This document shows, piece after piece, positions 16,464 through 25,428 of a DNA stretch of 33,028 nt. Made by a program: the position numbers and the translations under genes. Positions within the stretch are counted from its first letter, which is position 1, and every line of letters begins with the position of its first letter. Under the pieces are notes generated by a model, which worked only from the letters and a program-made list of their open reading frames with translations, had not been told where the DNA came from and did no database searches. Source of the DNA: a virus (lineage: Duplodnaviria; Caudoviricetes); the IMG/VR virus record IMGVR_UViG_3300031991_000106, positions 1 through 33,028 of that record. One strand, written 5' to 3'.

Positions 16464-17948
16464 ATGGCCAACGGACTGGCTATCAGCAGCATCGTCAACG
16501 TTTCCATCAACCTGTCGCCGCTCGCGGCCGGTTACCGCAATTTCGGCGCCCTGCTCATCCTCGGCTCGTCCCCGGTCATCGATACGGGTGAACGGCTGCG
16601 GCTCTACACGGAACTCGATGGCGTTGCGGAGGACTTCGGCACGACGGCGCCGGAATATCTCGCCGCGGCCCTGTTCTTCTCGCAGACCCCGAAGCCGAAC
16701 CTGCTCTATGTCGGCCGGTGGGCGCAGACCGCGACCAACGCGGTGCTTCGCGGAGGCGTACTGACCCCGGCCGAACAGCTTGTCTCGAACTTCACGTCGA
16801 TCACCAATGGCTCGTTCGTCATCGATGTCGATGGCGACGAGCAGGTCGTCACCGGCCTGAACTTCTCGGGCGAGACCAATCTCAACGGGATTGCCGCTAT
16901 CGTCAGGGCTGCCTTGACCGGCGTCGACGTCACGTGGGACGCGGTATCCAGGCGGTTCATCGTGACCGGCGTATCGAGCGGCACGGCGTCGGAACTTGGC
17001 TATGCGAGCGCACATTCGACCGGCACCGACTTGTCAGCCCTGCTCAAGCTCACCGCGGCGCAAGCCTCGCAGCCCGTCGATGGCATGGCGGCTGAAAGCC
17101 TGGTTGCCGCGGTGCAGTCGCTCGCGGACGCGTCCAACCAGTGGTACGGCCTTACTGTGGCGACAGCGACGCCGCCTGGCACGTCCGACCACCTGGCGGT
17201 CGCCGGTTTCATCGAAGGCGCCGGCCAGTCGCGAATCTACGGGGTCACGATCACGTCGACCACCGTGCTGGACACAACCCTTTCCACCGATCTTGCCAGC
17301 CAGTTGAAGTCGCTGGAATACAAGCGGTCCTTCACCCAGTATTCCAGTTCCAGCCCCTATGCGGTCGCGTCGATGTACGGGCGGGCCTTCACGGTGGACT
17401 TCGAGGCCAACAACACCACGATCACGCTGAAGTTCAAGCCGGAGCCCGGTATCGCCGCAGAGACCCTGACCGAGAGCCAGGCCGCCACCCTCAAGTCCAG
17501 GAACTGCAACGTCTTCGTCCACTACAACAACGATACCGCCATCATCCAGGAAGGCGTGATGTCGAACGGCTTCTTCTTCGATGAGGTGCATGGCACCGAC
17601 TGGCTGCAGAACGCCATCCAGACTGATGTCTACAACCTGCTCTATCAGTCGCAGACCAAGATCCCGCAGACCGACGAGGGCACGCACCTCATCGTGACGA
17701 CGATCGAGAAGACGATGGCACGGACGGTCAACAATGGCCTCGTCGCGCCCGGCATCTGGAATGTCGGAGGGTTCGGGCAGCTCAAGCAGGGCGACACGCT
17801 GACGAAAGGCTACTACGTGTTCGCGCCGCCGGTCGCGCTGCAGCCGCAGGCCGAGCGGGAAAAACGCAAGTCGGTGCCGATCCAGGTCGCGGCCAAGCTC
17901 GCCGGCGCGATCCACTCCTCGAACATCCTCGTCAGCGTCAATCGCTGA
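16464..17948 (+). CDS. Tail sheath protein (DUF3383-type)
   Basis: 494 aa; 'EYLAAALFFSQTPKP', 'TITLKFK.EPG', 'FFDEVHGTDWLQN', 'KIPQTDEG', 'KLAGAIH'. Confidence 0.88.
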   Translation: MANGLAISSIVNVSINLSPLAAGYRNFGALLILGSSPVIDTGERLRLYTELDGVAEDFGTTAPEYLAAALFFSQTPKPNLLYVGRWAQTATNAVLRGGVLTPAEQLVSNFTSITNGSFVIDVDGDEQVVTGLNFSGETNLNGIAAIVRAALTGVDVTWDAVSRRFIVTGVSSGTASELGYASAHSTGTDLSALLKLTAAQASQPVDGMAAESLVAAVQSLADASNQWYGLTVATATPPGTSDHLAVAGFIEGAGQSRIYGVTITSTTVLDTTLSTDLASQLKSLEYKRSFTQYSSSSPYAVASMYGRAFTVDFEANNTTITLKFKPEPGIAAETLTESQAATLKSRNCNVFVHYNNDTAIIQEGVMSNGFFFDEVHGTDWLQNAIQTDVYNLLYQSQTKIPQTDEGTHLIVTTIEKTMARTVNNGLVAPGIWNVGGFGQLKQGDTLTKGYYVFAPPVALQPQAEREKRKSVPIQVAAKLAGAIHSSNILVSVNR

Positions 17949-17983
17949 CGCACGCGCCCCATTCGTCCATCGGAGGCTGACCC

Positions 17984-18445
17984 ATGCCCGTTTCCGGCAC
18001 CTATTCCTTCCTCGACGTTCAGGCGGCCATCAACGGACCCGGCGGTTCGTTCGGTCTTGCGAGCGGCGCCGGCTCGGCCGAGGAGGGCATCACCATCTCG
18101 ATGATGGAAGACAAAAATACGATGACCATTGGCGCCGACGGCTCGGTGATGCATTCGCTGCATGCCGGCAAGGGCGGGACGGTGACGGCGCGCCTCCTCA
18201 AGACGAGCCCGATCAACCGCCTGCTGATGGAGATGTACAATTTCCAGACGATCTCCTCGGCGAACCACGGCCAGAACGTGCTCTCGATCCGCGATCCGAT
18301 CCGCGGCGACTCGATCACCTGCCAGGCGTGCGCCTTCAAGAAGGTGCCGGACCTGACCTTCGCGAAGGACGGCGGCACGAACGAGTGGATGTGGGACGCC
18401 GGCTTCATCGACCAGAAGCTCGGCAACGGCAACGTGTCGCTTTGA
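17984..18445 (+). CDS. Tail tube protein (DUF3277-type)
   Basis: 'TYSFLDV', 'AEEGITI', 'MTIGADG..MHSL', 'LLKTSP'; follows sheath. Confidence 0.83.
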   Translation: MPVSGTYSFLDVQAAINGPGGSFGLASGAGSAEEGITISMMEDKNTMTIGADGSVMHSLHAGKGGTVTARLLKTSPINRLLMEMYNFQTISSANHGQNVLSIRDPIRGDSITCQACAFKKVPDLTFAKDGGTNEWMWDAGFIDQKLGNGNVSL

Positions 18446-18459
18446 GGCCGAAGAACTCT

Positions 18460-18759
18460 CTACGGCGGTGCGACGGTCTTCAAGGCTTCGTCGAGCCGGC
18501 TCTGCCATCCGGGGCCGGTCGCCTTGAATGCCTCCACGGTCGCCCGGTCCAGGCGCAGCGTCACCCTGACCTTGGTGGGGGCCTTCTGCTTGCCGCGAAC
18601 GCGGCGGGCGGCGGCGGCGAGATCGGGAAGAACCTCGGCGAAGGGACGCGCCTGCGCCATCTGCTCGGCGGTCAGTTCCGGGCTGTCCACGGCATCCCAG
18701 TCCTCGCGGCCATAGCCGCGGCCGGGCGTGAAATCCTTGAGTGTCTTGCGCTTCGTCAT
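18460..18759 (-). CDS. brnA: BrnA-family antitoxin
   Basis: 'RGKQKAPTKVRVTLRLDRATVEAFKATGPGWQSRLDEAL'. Confidence 0.92.
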   Translation of the reverse strand: MTKRKTLKDFTPGRGYGREDWDAVDSPELTAEQMAQARPFAEVLPDLAAAARRVRGKQKAPTKVRVTLRLDRATVEAFKATGPGWQSRLDEALKTVAPP

Positions 18760-19004
18760 CGTAGCAGCCTCCGTTCCTTCAGGCTCGCTGTCCTCATGCT
18801 GATCACCGAAATCGCCTCGGTGCCGCGCGTCGCGAACACCACCGCCAGGGTGCCGTCCGCCATCCGCCCGATCGCCACGAAACGTCCGTCCCGCGCCGGC
18901 GCGACAACCGGGTTCTCGAATAACTCGATCGTCAGGTCAGCGAAATCGAACCCGTGCTTATCGAGGTTCGACAGGCGCTTCGGTTCGTCCCACATGATCT
19001 CCAT
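18756..19004 (-). CDS. brnT: BrnT-family toxin
   Basis: 'WDEPKRLSNLDKHGFDF', 'ISVISMRTASLKER'; ATGA overlap with brnA; start placed at ATG 19004. Confidence 0.9.
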   Translation of the reverse strand: MEIMWDEPKRLSNLDKHGFDFADLTIELFENPVVAPARDGRFVAIGRMADGTLAVVFATRGTEAISVISMRTASLKERRLLR

Positions 19005-19055
19005 CCCTTTTTGTAGCGACAAAAAGGCGATTCGTCAACCAAATTGTGCGCACAA
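19005..19055 (-). promoter_or_regulatory. brnTA-2 promoter and operators
   Basis: TTGACG (19033-19038)-17 nt-TACAAA (19010-19015)-5 nt-ATG; palindromes TTTTTGTAGCGACAAAAA (19008-19025) and TTGTGCGCACAA (19044-19055). Confidence 0.75.
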
Positions 19056-19069
19056 AAAAGTGATCACAC

Positions 19070-19483
19070 ATGCATGAAACGCTCGAATTCGAAGTCGCCG
19101 GCCACACCTACCGGGCGGGCAGGATGGACGCCATGACGGCGTTCCACGTCATGCGCCGGCTCACGCCCGTGCTGGCGAGCTTCCGGGAGATGGGGCAGGC
19201 CAATGACATGTTCGCCGCGCTGGAGCCCGTGGCGCGGGCCGTGGCGGGCATGAGCGACGCAGACAGCGAGCTCGTGCTTGGCGCCTGCCTGTCGGTCTGC
19301 GAACGCCGTCAGGACGGCGGCCGGGGCTGGGCCAGGATATGGAGCGTTGAGGCGAAGCGGCCGATGTTCGACGACATCGACATCGCCGCCATGTTGCAGG
19401 TTGCGTTCCACGTGATCCAGGGAGCGCTTGGCCCTTTTTTTCCCGGACTGCCACTCGCGTCGACAGGCGCGGACCAAGCCTGA
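19070..19483 (+). CDS. Tail assembly chaperone
   Basis: Between tube and TMP; 'FHVMRRLTP', 'MFDDID', 'LGPFF'. Confidence 0.8.
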   Translation: MHETLEFEVAGHTYRAGRMDAMTAFHVMRRLTPVLASFREMGQANDMFAALEPVARAVAGMSDADSELVLGACLSVCERRQDGGRGWARIWSVEAKRPMFDDIDIAAMLQVAFHVIQGALGPFFPGLPLASTGADQA

Positions 19484-19671
19484 GCTTCGACACGGTCAGG
19501 CTTGCCGACGGCATGGACTGGCTGATGCGCCCGGTCCTTCGCGGGCTGTGCCGTTACGAGAGCCTGAAGGACGCAACGCTCGATCTCTGCGACGTCGCCC
19601 TGATGAACGAGGCGCTCGATGTCTGCGATGAGAACGAATATCGCGCGCGTGAAGCTATGAGGAACCGATGA
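19432..19671 (+). CDS. Tail chaperone -1 frame extension (G-T type); alternatively a 52-aa ORF from ATG 19513
   Basis: Slippery CCCTTTT/TTTTTTT at 19432-19441; the -1 frame is open to TGA 19669-19671 and encodes ...DGMDWLMRPVLRGLCRYESLKDATLDLCDVALMNEALDV...; absent from the ORF track. Confidence 0.75.
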   Translation, partial: PFFSRTATRVDRRGPSLSFDTVRLADGMDWLMRPVLRGLCRYESLKDATLDLCDVALMNEALDVCDENEYRAREAMRNR

Positions 19672-21842
19672 GCCAGGAGATCATCAAAGAATTCCTCGTC
19701 TCGCTGGGGTATCGGATCGATCCCGCTTCGGAGAAAGAGCTCAACAAGAAGACCAGGAAGCTTGAAGGAGACCTGAAGAAGAACTCCGAGGAATCGGAGA
19801 AATCGCTGAAGCAGTTCGTGGGGACCGTCGCGGGCCGGGCTGCGGCCGTGACGGCCGCGCTTTCCGCCGCGGCCGTTGCCATGACAGCTGTTGTCGCTAG
19901 GGTCGCCGAGGGCTTCGAACAGCTCTACTACTCGTCGCAGCGCACCGGCGCCACTGTCGCCAACATCAAGGCGTTCGGCTACGCCATCTCACAGATGGGC
20001 GGAACGGTCGATGGCGCCAGGTCGTCGCTGGAGAATTTCGCGCAGAAGCTCCGCCGGAGCCCCGGCTACTACGACATGCTGAAGAGCCTTGGCGTCCAGA
20101 CCAGGGATGCCAACGGCAAGCTCAGGGACAGCACCGAGCTTCTCGCCGACCTCGGCAAGGTCCTCGCGAAGAAGGAACCGTTCGAAGCCCTGGCCTTCGC
20201 CGATGTTCTCGGCATCGACGAGGCGACGCTCAAGGCGCTGATGGACAACAAGGGCGACCTCCGGAAATTCATGGAGGAATCGGCCGCTGCCGCGAAAAAG
20301 GTCGGCCTCGACAACGAGGCGGCCGCGAAAAACTCGAAGGAGTTCATGCGCGAGCTGCGCTCGCTGCAACTGATGCTCGAAACCGTCGTCCAGAAGATCG
20401 CGTCCGACTTGACCCCGACGATGGTCAAGTACATGGGCGAGATGCGCGAATGGTTCGAAAAGAACGGCGACGCGATCGGGAAGGCGATCGCATATGTCGC
20501 GGACGCTGTAGCCAGGACCGTGAAGGTCCTTGGTGATCTGGTTGTCGCGATCAAGCCCGTGACGGACGGCTTCGATGCCATCGCCCAATCGCTGACCGGA
20601 CAGTCGGGGCTTCAGGTCGCGTTCGAGGCGTTCGCCCTGTACCTGACCACGAAATGGCTGGTGCGTATCCTGGGGGCTTTCGCGGCCGTCGGGGGCGGCT
20701 TCGCGGGGATGTTGCTGAGGTTGGGGATGTCTCCGGCCGGTGCACTCGCTCTCGGCGGTGCAGCCGTTTACGCGGGGGTTGAAAGCCATCGGGATTTTCA
20801 GCGCCGGGCGGATGCCATCGAAAAGCCGGGCGGCCGCGACCCGTTTGGCGCGATCGACGAAAGGGACAAGAACAGATTCCCGAAAAAGGACACCCGGAGT
20901 TTTTGGCAGCGGCATGCGCCGAAATGGCTTGGCGGGAAGGATGCGCCGGCGGGAGGCGGAGACAGCGGGAAAGCGGGTGGAGACAGCGGCGCGTCAAAGG
21001 GTAGTCGCCAGATGGCATCGGCCGGCATTATTCCGGTAGAGGGTCGCGCTCTTCTCGACACCGTAGCGTCAACCGAAGCGCAAGACTATAACGTCATGTA
21101 TGGCGGCCGTAAGTTCTCAGCTTATTCGGACCATCCGAGAGTCAATCATCTGATCACCTCCGGTCCGAATGCGGGAAAGACAAGCTCTGCAGCGGGTCGG
21201 TATCAATTCCTGGCTTCGACGTGGGATGAGCAGGCAAGGAAGCTTGGTCTCAAGGATTTCAGCCCCCGGAGCCAAGATATTGCTGCATGGGATCTGGCGA
21301 AGACGACCTACCACGGCAACACGGGTCGTGATCTTGAAGCAGACTTGAAGAGCGGTGACCAGGAGCTCATGGCCGGGATTGGTGGAGCCCTGTCAGGCAG
21401 GTGGACCAGCCTTCCAGGAGGAATAGAGCAGGGCCAGGGCACGAGCCGGATGCAACGGAGTTTCCTCACGGCTCTTGCCCGCCAGAAAGCTGCGGCAGAA
21501 GGGCAAACGCAGTCCAGCGTGGCTCCCTCCGCTCCGCAAGGCCAGGGCCTATCCCGTCTGAAAGACAGCGATCTACCGCCGGCGGTCACGCGGCTCGGTG
21601 ACGCCGCGATGCGGGCAGCCGATATTCAGCGCAGGATCGACGATGTGTTCAGCAATGACAGAGCCAGGCTGATGCCGAGTGGCACGACGAACGACAACTC
21701 GCAGTCTCTGTCGCTCAATCCCGTGACCAACATCACGGTCATGGGCTCTGGCGACCCAAGCGCCATCGGGTCGTCGATCGCAGGGCACCAGTCGCGGGTC
21801 AACGCCGATCTGCTGCGGAACACGCAGGGCGCGTTTCGGTGA
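19668..21842 (+). CDS. Tape measure protein with lambda-R-like lysozyme/transglycosylase domain
   Basis: 'IIKEFLVSLGY' start, Ala-rich helical body, then 'ALLDTVASTE..DYNVMYGG...DHPR...SSAAGRYQFL..TW...LGLKDFSPRSQD'. Confidence 0.88.
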   Translation: MSQEIIKEFLVSLGYRIDPASEKELNKKTRKLEGDLKKNSEESEKSLKQFVGTVAGRAAAVTAALSAAAVAMTAVVARVAEGFEQLYYSSQRTGATVANIKAFGYAISQMGGTVDGARSSLENFAQKLRRSPGYYDMLKSLGVQTRDANGKLRDSTELLADLGKVLAKKEPFEALAFADVLGIDEATLKALMDNKGDLRKFMEESAAAAKKVGLDNEAAAKNSKEFMRELRSLQLMLETVVQKIASDLTPTMVKYMGEMREWFEKNGDAIGKAIAYVADAVARTVKVLGDLVVAIKPVTDGFDAIAQSLTGQSGLQVAFEAFALYLTTKWLVRILGAFAAVGGGFAGMLLRLGMSPAGALALGGAAVYAGVESHRDFQRRADAIEKPGGRDPFGAIDERDKNRFPKKDTRSFWQRHAPKWLGGKDAPAGGGDSGKAGGDSGASKGSRQMASAGIIPVEGRALLDTVASTEAQDYNVMYGGRKFSAYSDHPRVNHLITSGPNAGKTSSAAGRYQFLASTWDEQARKLGLKDFSPRSQDIAAWDLAKTTYHGNTGRDLEADLKSGDQELMAGIGGALSGRWTSLPGGIEQGQGTSRMQRSFLTALARQKAAAEGQTQSSVAPSAPQGQGLSRLKDSDLPPAVTRLGDAAMRAADIQRRIDDVFSNDRARLMPSGTTNDNSQSLSLNPVTNITVMGSGDPSAIGSSIAGHQSRVNADLLRNTQGAFR

Positions 21843-22211
21843 CTATCGGAACGCGCAAACGATAGCTCGTTCGTTGACCCAGCAAGCCCCGTTCCTTCGA
21901 AGCTCGCCGAGGTCCGAGTGGGCGTGGTTTGCTCCGGCTTCCTCGTTCCAATAGCCAAGCCCGATTCCATCGGCCTCCACATTCACAATTGCGAAATAGA
22001 GGTGCTTTCGGCCGGCTCCTATCGTGAAATTTCCGCCAGGTCGGACGTCAATCGGACATGGCCCATTGAGGTATGTCCGACCATCGACGACCAGGAGGCA
22101 CTTGCCGGCTGCGGGCGGCGCCGCGTGTGCGCTCGTTTGGGCGAAGGCCATGCTGACAAGGAAGCCGACGGCGAGCCGGGGCAACCTCGGGAAAGGGACG
22201 GCGATCTTCAC
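21843..22211 (-). CDS. Small exported protein with four Cys, antisense accessory gene; start uncertain
   Basis: Signal-peptide-like 'RLAVGFLVSMAFAQTSAHA' then 'KCLLVVDG..YLNGPC...GACWVNERAIVCA'; stop abuts the TMP stop. Confidence 0.7.
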   Translation of the reverse strand: MKIAVPFPRLPRLAVGFLVSMAFAQTSAHAAPPAAGKCLLVVDGRTYLNGPCPIDVRPGGNFTIGAGRKHLYFAIVNVEADGIGLGYWNEEAGANHAHSDLGELRRNGACWVNERAIVCAFR

Positions 22212-22398
22212 GGACGATCCTCGACGGATGGGGAGACGGTCTCCACAGCGTGCACCGGGGACTGATGGGCCGTGGTTCACGAACGCGTGTTGATGGAGGC
22301 AAAGCAAAAAGACCGCCGTGTGTCGGGCTAATTAGGAAGGTGTGCGCGGTCATGCAGCTTCGAGTGCCAGAAGTCGCCATTCACCGACGTGGCGCGCC

Positions 22399-22809
22399 TC
22401 AGGCGCGGCCGCTATCCGGGGTGGACGTCTCGGGCTCATAATCGTCGTCATCGGGCGGCAGCAGGCTTTCGAGAGGCACCCCGAGCAACGGCACCAGCCG
22501 ACGGTAGAACTTGATGCCGCCATGGCGGCGACCGTTCTCGATGTCGGAAATGTAGCCTTGCGCGAAACCGAGCACCTCGGCGATCTGGCCCTGCCTGAGG
22601 TTACGCTTGCGGCGCCAGAAGGAGAGGGGTGTCGGAGCAGCGAGAAGCTCCTTCACCTCGTCCTCGGTCAACATCTCCTCCTCGCCGCTCGCGATCGCTG
22701 CCTTGGCGTCGCGAGCGGCCTTTGCGTCGACGATGTCCTCGTAGTCGGCAAGGGACATGACGACCATATCGTCGCCGCTGGGGGAACGGATTTTCTGGAT
22801 GGTGGGCAT
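22399..22809 (-). CDS. XRE-HTH antitoxin
   Basis: 'SPSGDDMVVMSLADYE' plus HTH 'WRRKRNLRQGQIAEVLGFAQGYISDIENG'; GGAG Shine-Dalgarno; downstream of a relE-like gene. Confidence 0.85.
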   Translation of the reverse strand: MPTIQKIRSPSGDDMVVMSLADYEDIVDAKAARDAKAAIASGEEEMLTEDEVKELLAAPTPLSFWRRKRNLRQGQIAEVLGFAQGYISDIENGRRHGGIKFYRRLVPLLGVPLESLLPPDDDDYEPETSTPDSGRA

Positions 22810-22824
22810 CTTGGTCTCCGTGGT

Positions 22825-23073
22825 TCAGTCATAAATCCCGCCGCGCGGGCCGATGTCGAGAATAATGATCTGTGTGTCCGTCTCTTCGAAGATGACTCGA
22901 AACTTGCCGACCCGCAGGCGGAAGGCATCGGAGCCCTGCATCGCCTTGACATTGGCGGATTGCGAGGCCGGATTATCGGCATAGGTGCGAATCTTGCTCA
23001 TGATCAGCTTCGCGCGATTGCTATGTGCGTTCAGGGCATCGGCGGCGCGGCGCGTGTAGGTGACCGTTTTCAT
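22825..23073 (-). CDS. relE: RelE/ParE-family toxin
   Basis: 'VTYTRRAADAL', 'VKAMQG', 'FRLRVGKFRVIF', 'IGPRGGIY'. Confidence 0.88.
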   Translation of the reverse strand: MKTVTYTRRAADALNAHSNRAKLIMSKIRTYADNPASQSANVKAMQGSDAFRLRVGKFRVIFEETDTQIIILDIGPRGGIYD

Positions 23074-23130
23074 GTCGGATTTATCGCATATAGCGATATT
23101 AAGTCCAGAGTGATATCGCTAAAAGTTGTA
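23074..23130 (-). promoter_or_regulatory. relE/XRE promoter-operator region
   Basis: Palindrome TATCGC-ATATA-GCGATA (23082-23098), a second partial copy TATCGCTA near 23114, TGGACT as weak -35; no Shine-Dalgarno before ATG. Confidence 0.55.
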
Positions 23131-23175
23131 ATGTTTTAATGACAATCCCGTGATGAGCGGGCAGAGGACACCCGC

Positions 23176-23748
23176 GTGAGCCTGCTCGACGACGCCTTCG
23201 CGCTGATCTCCCGGCACAGCCGAAGCATCGGCCCGCTGTTGCCTGATGTGGTGATCGAGGAAGTCCACCGCGACGAGTTGATCATCACCGACCATCCCGT
23301 CGAGCGCGGCGCGGCTGTTTCGGACCACGCCTTCAAGCGGCCCTCCGAAATAGAGATCAGGTGCGGCTGGTCGAATTCCTCGGCTCGTAGCGAGGGCTAC
23401 GTCAAGGAGGTCTACGAGGAGTTCCTTGCCCTTCAGGCGGAGCGCGAGCCGTTCGATGTCTCGACGGGCAAGCGTGCCTACCAGAACATGCTGGTGCGCT
23501 CGCTGGCGGTGACAACGGACGAGAAATCCGAGCACGCCCTGATGGTGGTGGCCGGCTTGCGTGAGGTCATCATCGTCGAGACGCAGATGACCTCCGCGCC
23601 GAAGTCCGCACAATCCATGCCGGAGAAGACGGCGCCGGAAGTGGCCACGGGAACAAAGCAGGCGAAGCCGGTGTCGGCCAGCGAGTTTCCGCCGGTCCAG
23701 GGACTTGATCCTGTTCCCGGTTTGCCACCAGTACAGGAGTTCGAGTAG
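23176..23748 (+). CDS. Baseplate/tail tube initiator (Dit-like) protein
   Basis: 'EEVHRDEL.ITDHPVERGA.VSDHAF..P', 'TGKRAYQNML'; GAGGA Shine-Dalgarno. Confidence 0.8.
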   Translation: MSLLDDAFALISRHSRSIGPLLPDVVIEEVHRDELIITDHPVERGAAVSDHAFKRPSEIEIRCGWSNSSARSEGYVKEVYEEFLALQAEREPFDVSTGKRAYQNMLVRSLAVTTDEKSEHALMVVAGLREVIIVETQMTSAPKSAQSMPEKTAPEVATGTKQAKPVSASEFPPVQGLDPVPGLPPVQEFE

Positions 23749-23793
23749 CGATCATTTACAGTTCGCGCGGCAGATTATCTTCAGAACGCCTGG

Positions 23794-24147
23794 CTAATCT
23801 TCGCCGATGGTTATTACCTCAATGAGCATCTTGTCTTTGGATAGCCACAGAAAGCCACACAATGCGCGACCGGTTCCTGAGCAGAACCGCATTTCGGGAC
23901 GACCTTGGCATCGCATGTCGGTTTCCCCGCATTTATCAGCATTCGGCAAGTGGATCGGCTCGTAGCCGAGCGCAAAGAGGCCTCGCCTCGCCTCGCCATA
24001 GTCGGTTCCGGGTCGGAGAAGAGCAGTATCGGCGTGCGCCTGCGTGAGAGCGTACAAGATGATCAGCCCGAATAGCGCAAGCGTGAACTTGAGCACCCTG
24101 GGGAATAGGATGGCGACGAGGATGAGCACGAGCAGAGCGATGATCAT
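23794..24147 (-). CDS. Membrane-anchored Cys-containing accessory protein, possibly truncated by a premature TAG
   Basis: Two hydrophobic N-terminal segments, AHA motif, 'CSGTGRALCGFLW'; frame continues PGVLKIICRANCK to TGA at 23752. Confidence 0.7.
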   Translation of the reverse strand: MIIALLVLILVAILFPRVLKFTLALFGLIILYALTQAHADTALLRPGTDYGEARRGLFALGYEPIHLPNADKCGETDMRCQGRPEMRFCSGTGRALCGFLWLSKDKMLIEVITIGED

Positions 24148-24172
24148 CTGGCAATCCTCGACAGGTTGAAAC

Positions 24173-24490
24173 GTGCAGGTCTACGAAATCCCACTCTCGC
24201 CAACTCCGCAGCGGTTCGCGATCTCGCTCGGCGGGACCGAGTACCGGCTGCGGCTGGCGTTTCATGATGTGTCCGAGGGTGGCTGGACGCTAGACATCGC
24301 CGATCAAGAAGGCGTGACCCTCGTGTGCGGCATGCCGCTCGTGACCGGAACCGATCTGCTGGCGCAATACGCCTATCTCGGCATTGCCGGCAAGCTGTTC
24401 GTGGCCACCGATGGCGAGCCTGAACAGGTTCCGGCATTCGACGGACTTGGCACCAGCTCGAAGCTCTATTTCGCGGCCCCTGTGCCATGA
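24173..24490 (+). CDS. Baseplate plug/small baseplate protein
   Basis: 'EIPLSPTPQRF.ISL', 'PLVTGTDLLAQYAYLG'; gene order. Confidence 0.75.
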   Translation: MQVYEIPLSPTPQRFAISLGGTEYRLRLAFHDVSEGGWTLDIADQEGVTLVCGMPLVTGTDLLAQYAYLGIAGKLFVATDGEPEQVPAFDGLGTSSKLYFAAPVP

Positions 24491-25428
24491 CGCGACAGTG
24501 GAAACGCGCCTGCAAGTTGACGATCGAAGGGGATTCGAAGGCAATCGACCTGTCCGAACTCAGGATCAAGTTCGCAATCCGGCAAGGCGACGTGAGGACA
24601 CCGAGCGTTGCCGACATCCGGGTTTACAACCTGTCCGAAAAAACAGCGCAGGCGATCAAGAAGGAGTTCAGGAAGGTCACGCTTGAGGGCGGGTACGAGG
24701 AGAACTCGGCGCTGCTGTTCACCGGTGAGGTTCGGCAGGTCAGGACCGGCCGCGAGAACCCGGTCGACACCTACCTCGACATCCTGGCGACCAACGCGGA
24801 CCGCGCCTTCAACTTCGGGGTTGTCAACAAGACCCTGGCCGCCGGCCATACATTCAAGGATCAGGTAGAGGTTGCCTTCCAGGCTATGAAGCCTTTCGAT
24901 GTGACCATGGGCTTCATCGCCGATCTCGGGCCCGTGAAGATGCCGCGGGCGCGAGTGCTGTTCGGGATGGCGCGCGACGTGCTCACCCGTGTCGGTTTTT
25001 CCACCAACACCTCCTGGAGCATCCAGAACGGCAAGCTCCAGATGGTCAAGAACAGCGGCTTCATGCCCGGCGATGTCGTGGTGCTGAATTCGCGCACGGG
25101 GATGATCGGCCGGCCCGTCCAGACCATCGAAGGCATCATTGTCCGCTGCCTGATCAATCCGGAAATCCGGGTCACGCGCCGGGTGAAAATCGATCAGGCC
25201 AGCATTCAAGTGGCACCGCTCAATGTCTCGGACCAGGGCGCTCCGCTCAATGCCGAACCTAACCTGCCCAAGCTCGCCGACGACGGCATCTACAAGGTGC
25301 TGTTCATCGAGATCGAAGGCGATACGCGCGGGCAGCCCTGGTACATGGACCTTATCTGCATCCGCGCCGATGGAACTCTTCCAGCCAGCCAAGTAGGACG
25401 ATGGGTGTCACCCAATGGATCTTCGTGA
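24487..25428 (+). CDS. Baseplate hub protein
   Basis: 'IRVYNLS', 'LEGGY', 'WSIQNG', 'TGMIGRP', 'GDTRGQPWY'. Confidence 0.8.
   Translation: MTRQWKRACKLTIEGDSKAIDLSELRIKFAIRQGDVRTPSVADIRVYNLSEKTAQAIKKEFRKVTLEGGYEENSALLFTGEVRQVRTGRENPVDTYLDILATNADRAFNFGVVNKTLAAGHTFKDQVEVAFQAMKPFDVTMGFIADLGPVKMPRARVLFGMARDVLTRVGFSTNTSWSIQNGKLQMVKNSGFMPGDVVVLNSRTGMIGRPVQTIEGIIVRCLINPEIRVTRRVKIDQASIQVAPLNVSDQGAPLNAEPNLPKLADDGIYKVLFIEIEGDTRGQPWYMDLICIRADGTLPASQVGRWVSPNGSS

Noticed and set aside
19428-19631. 67-aa ORF from the track as the second tail chaperone
   Set aside because: Wrong frame; the protein-like sequence is in the -1 frame ending at 19671.
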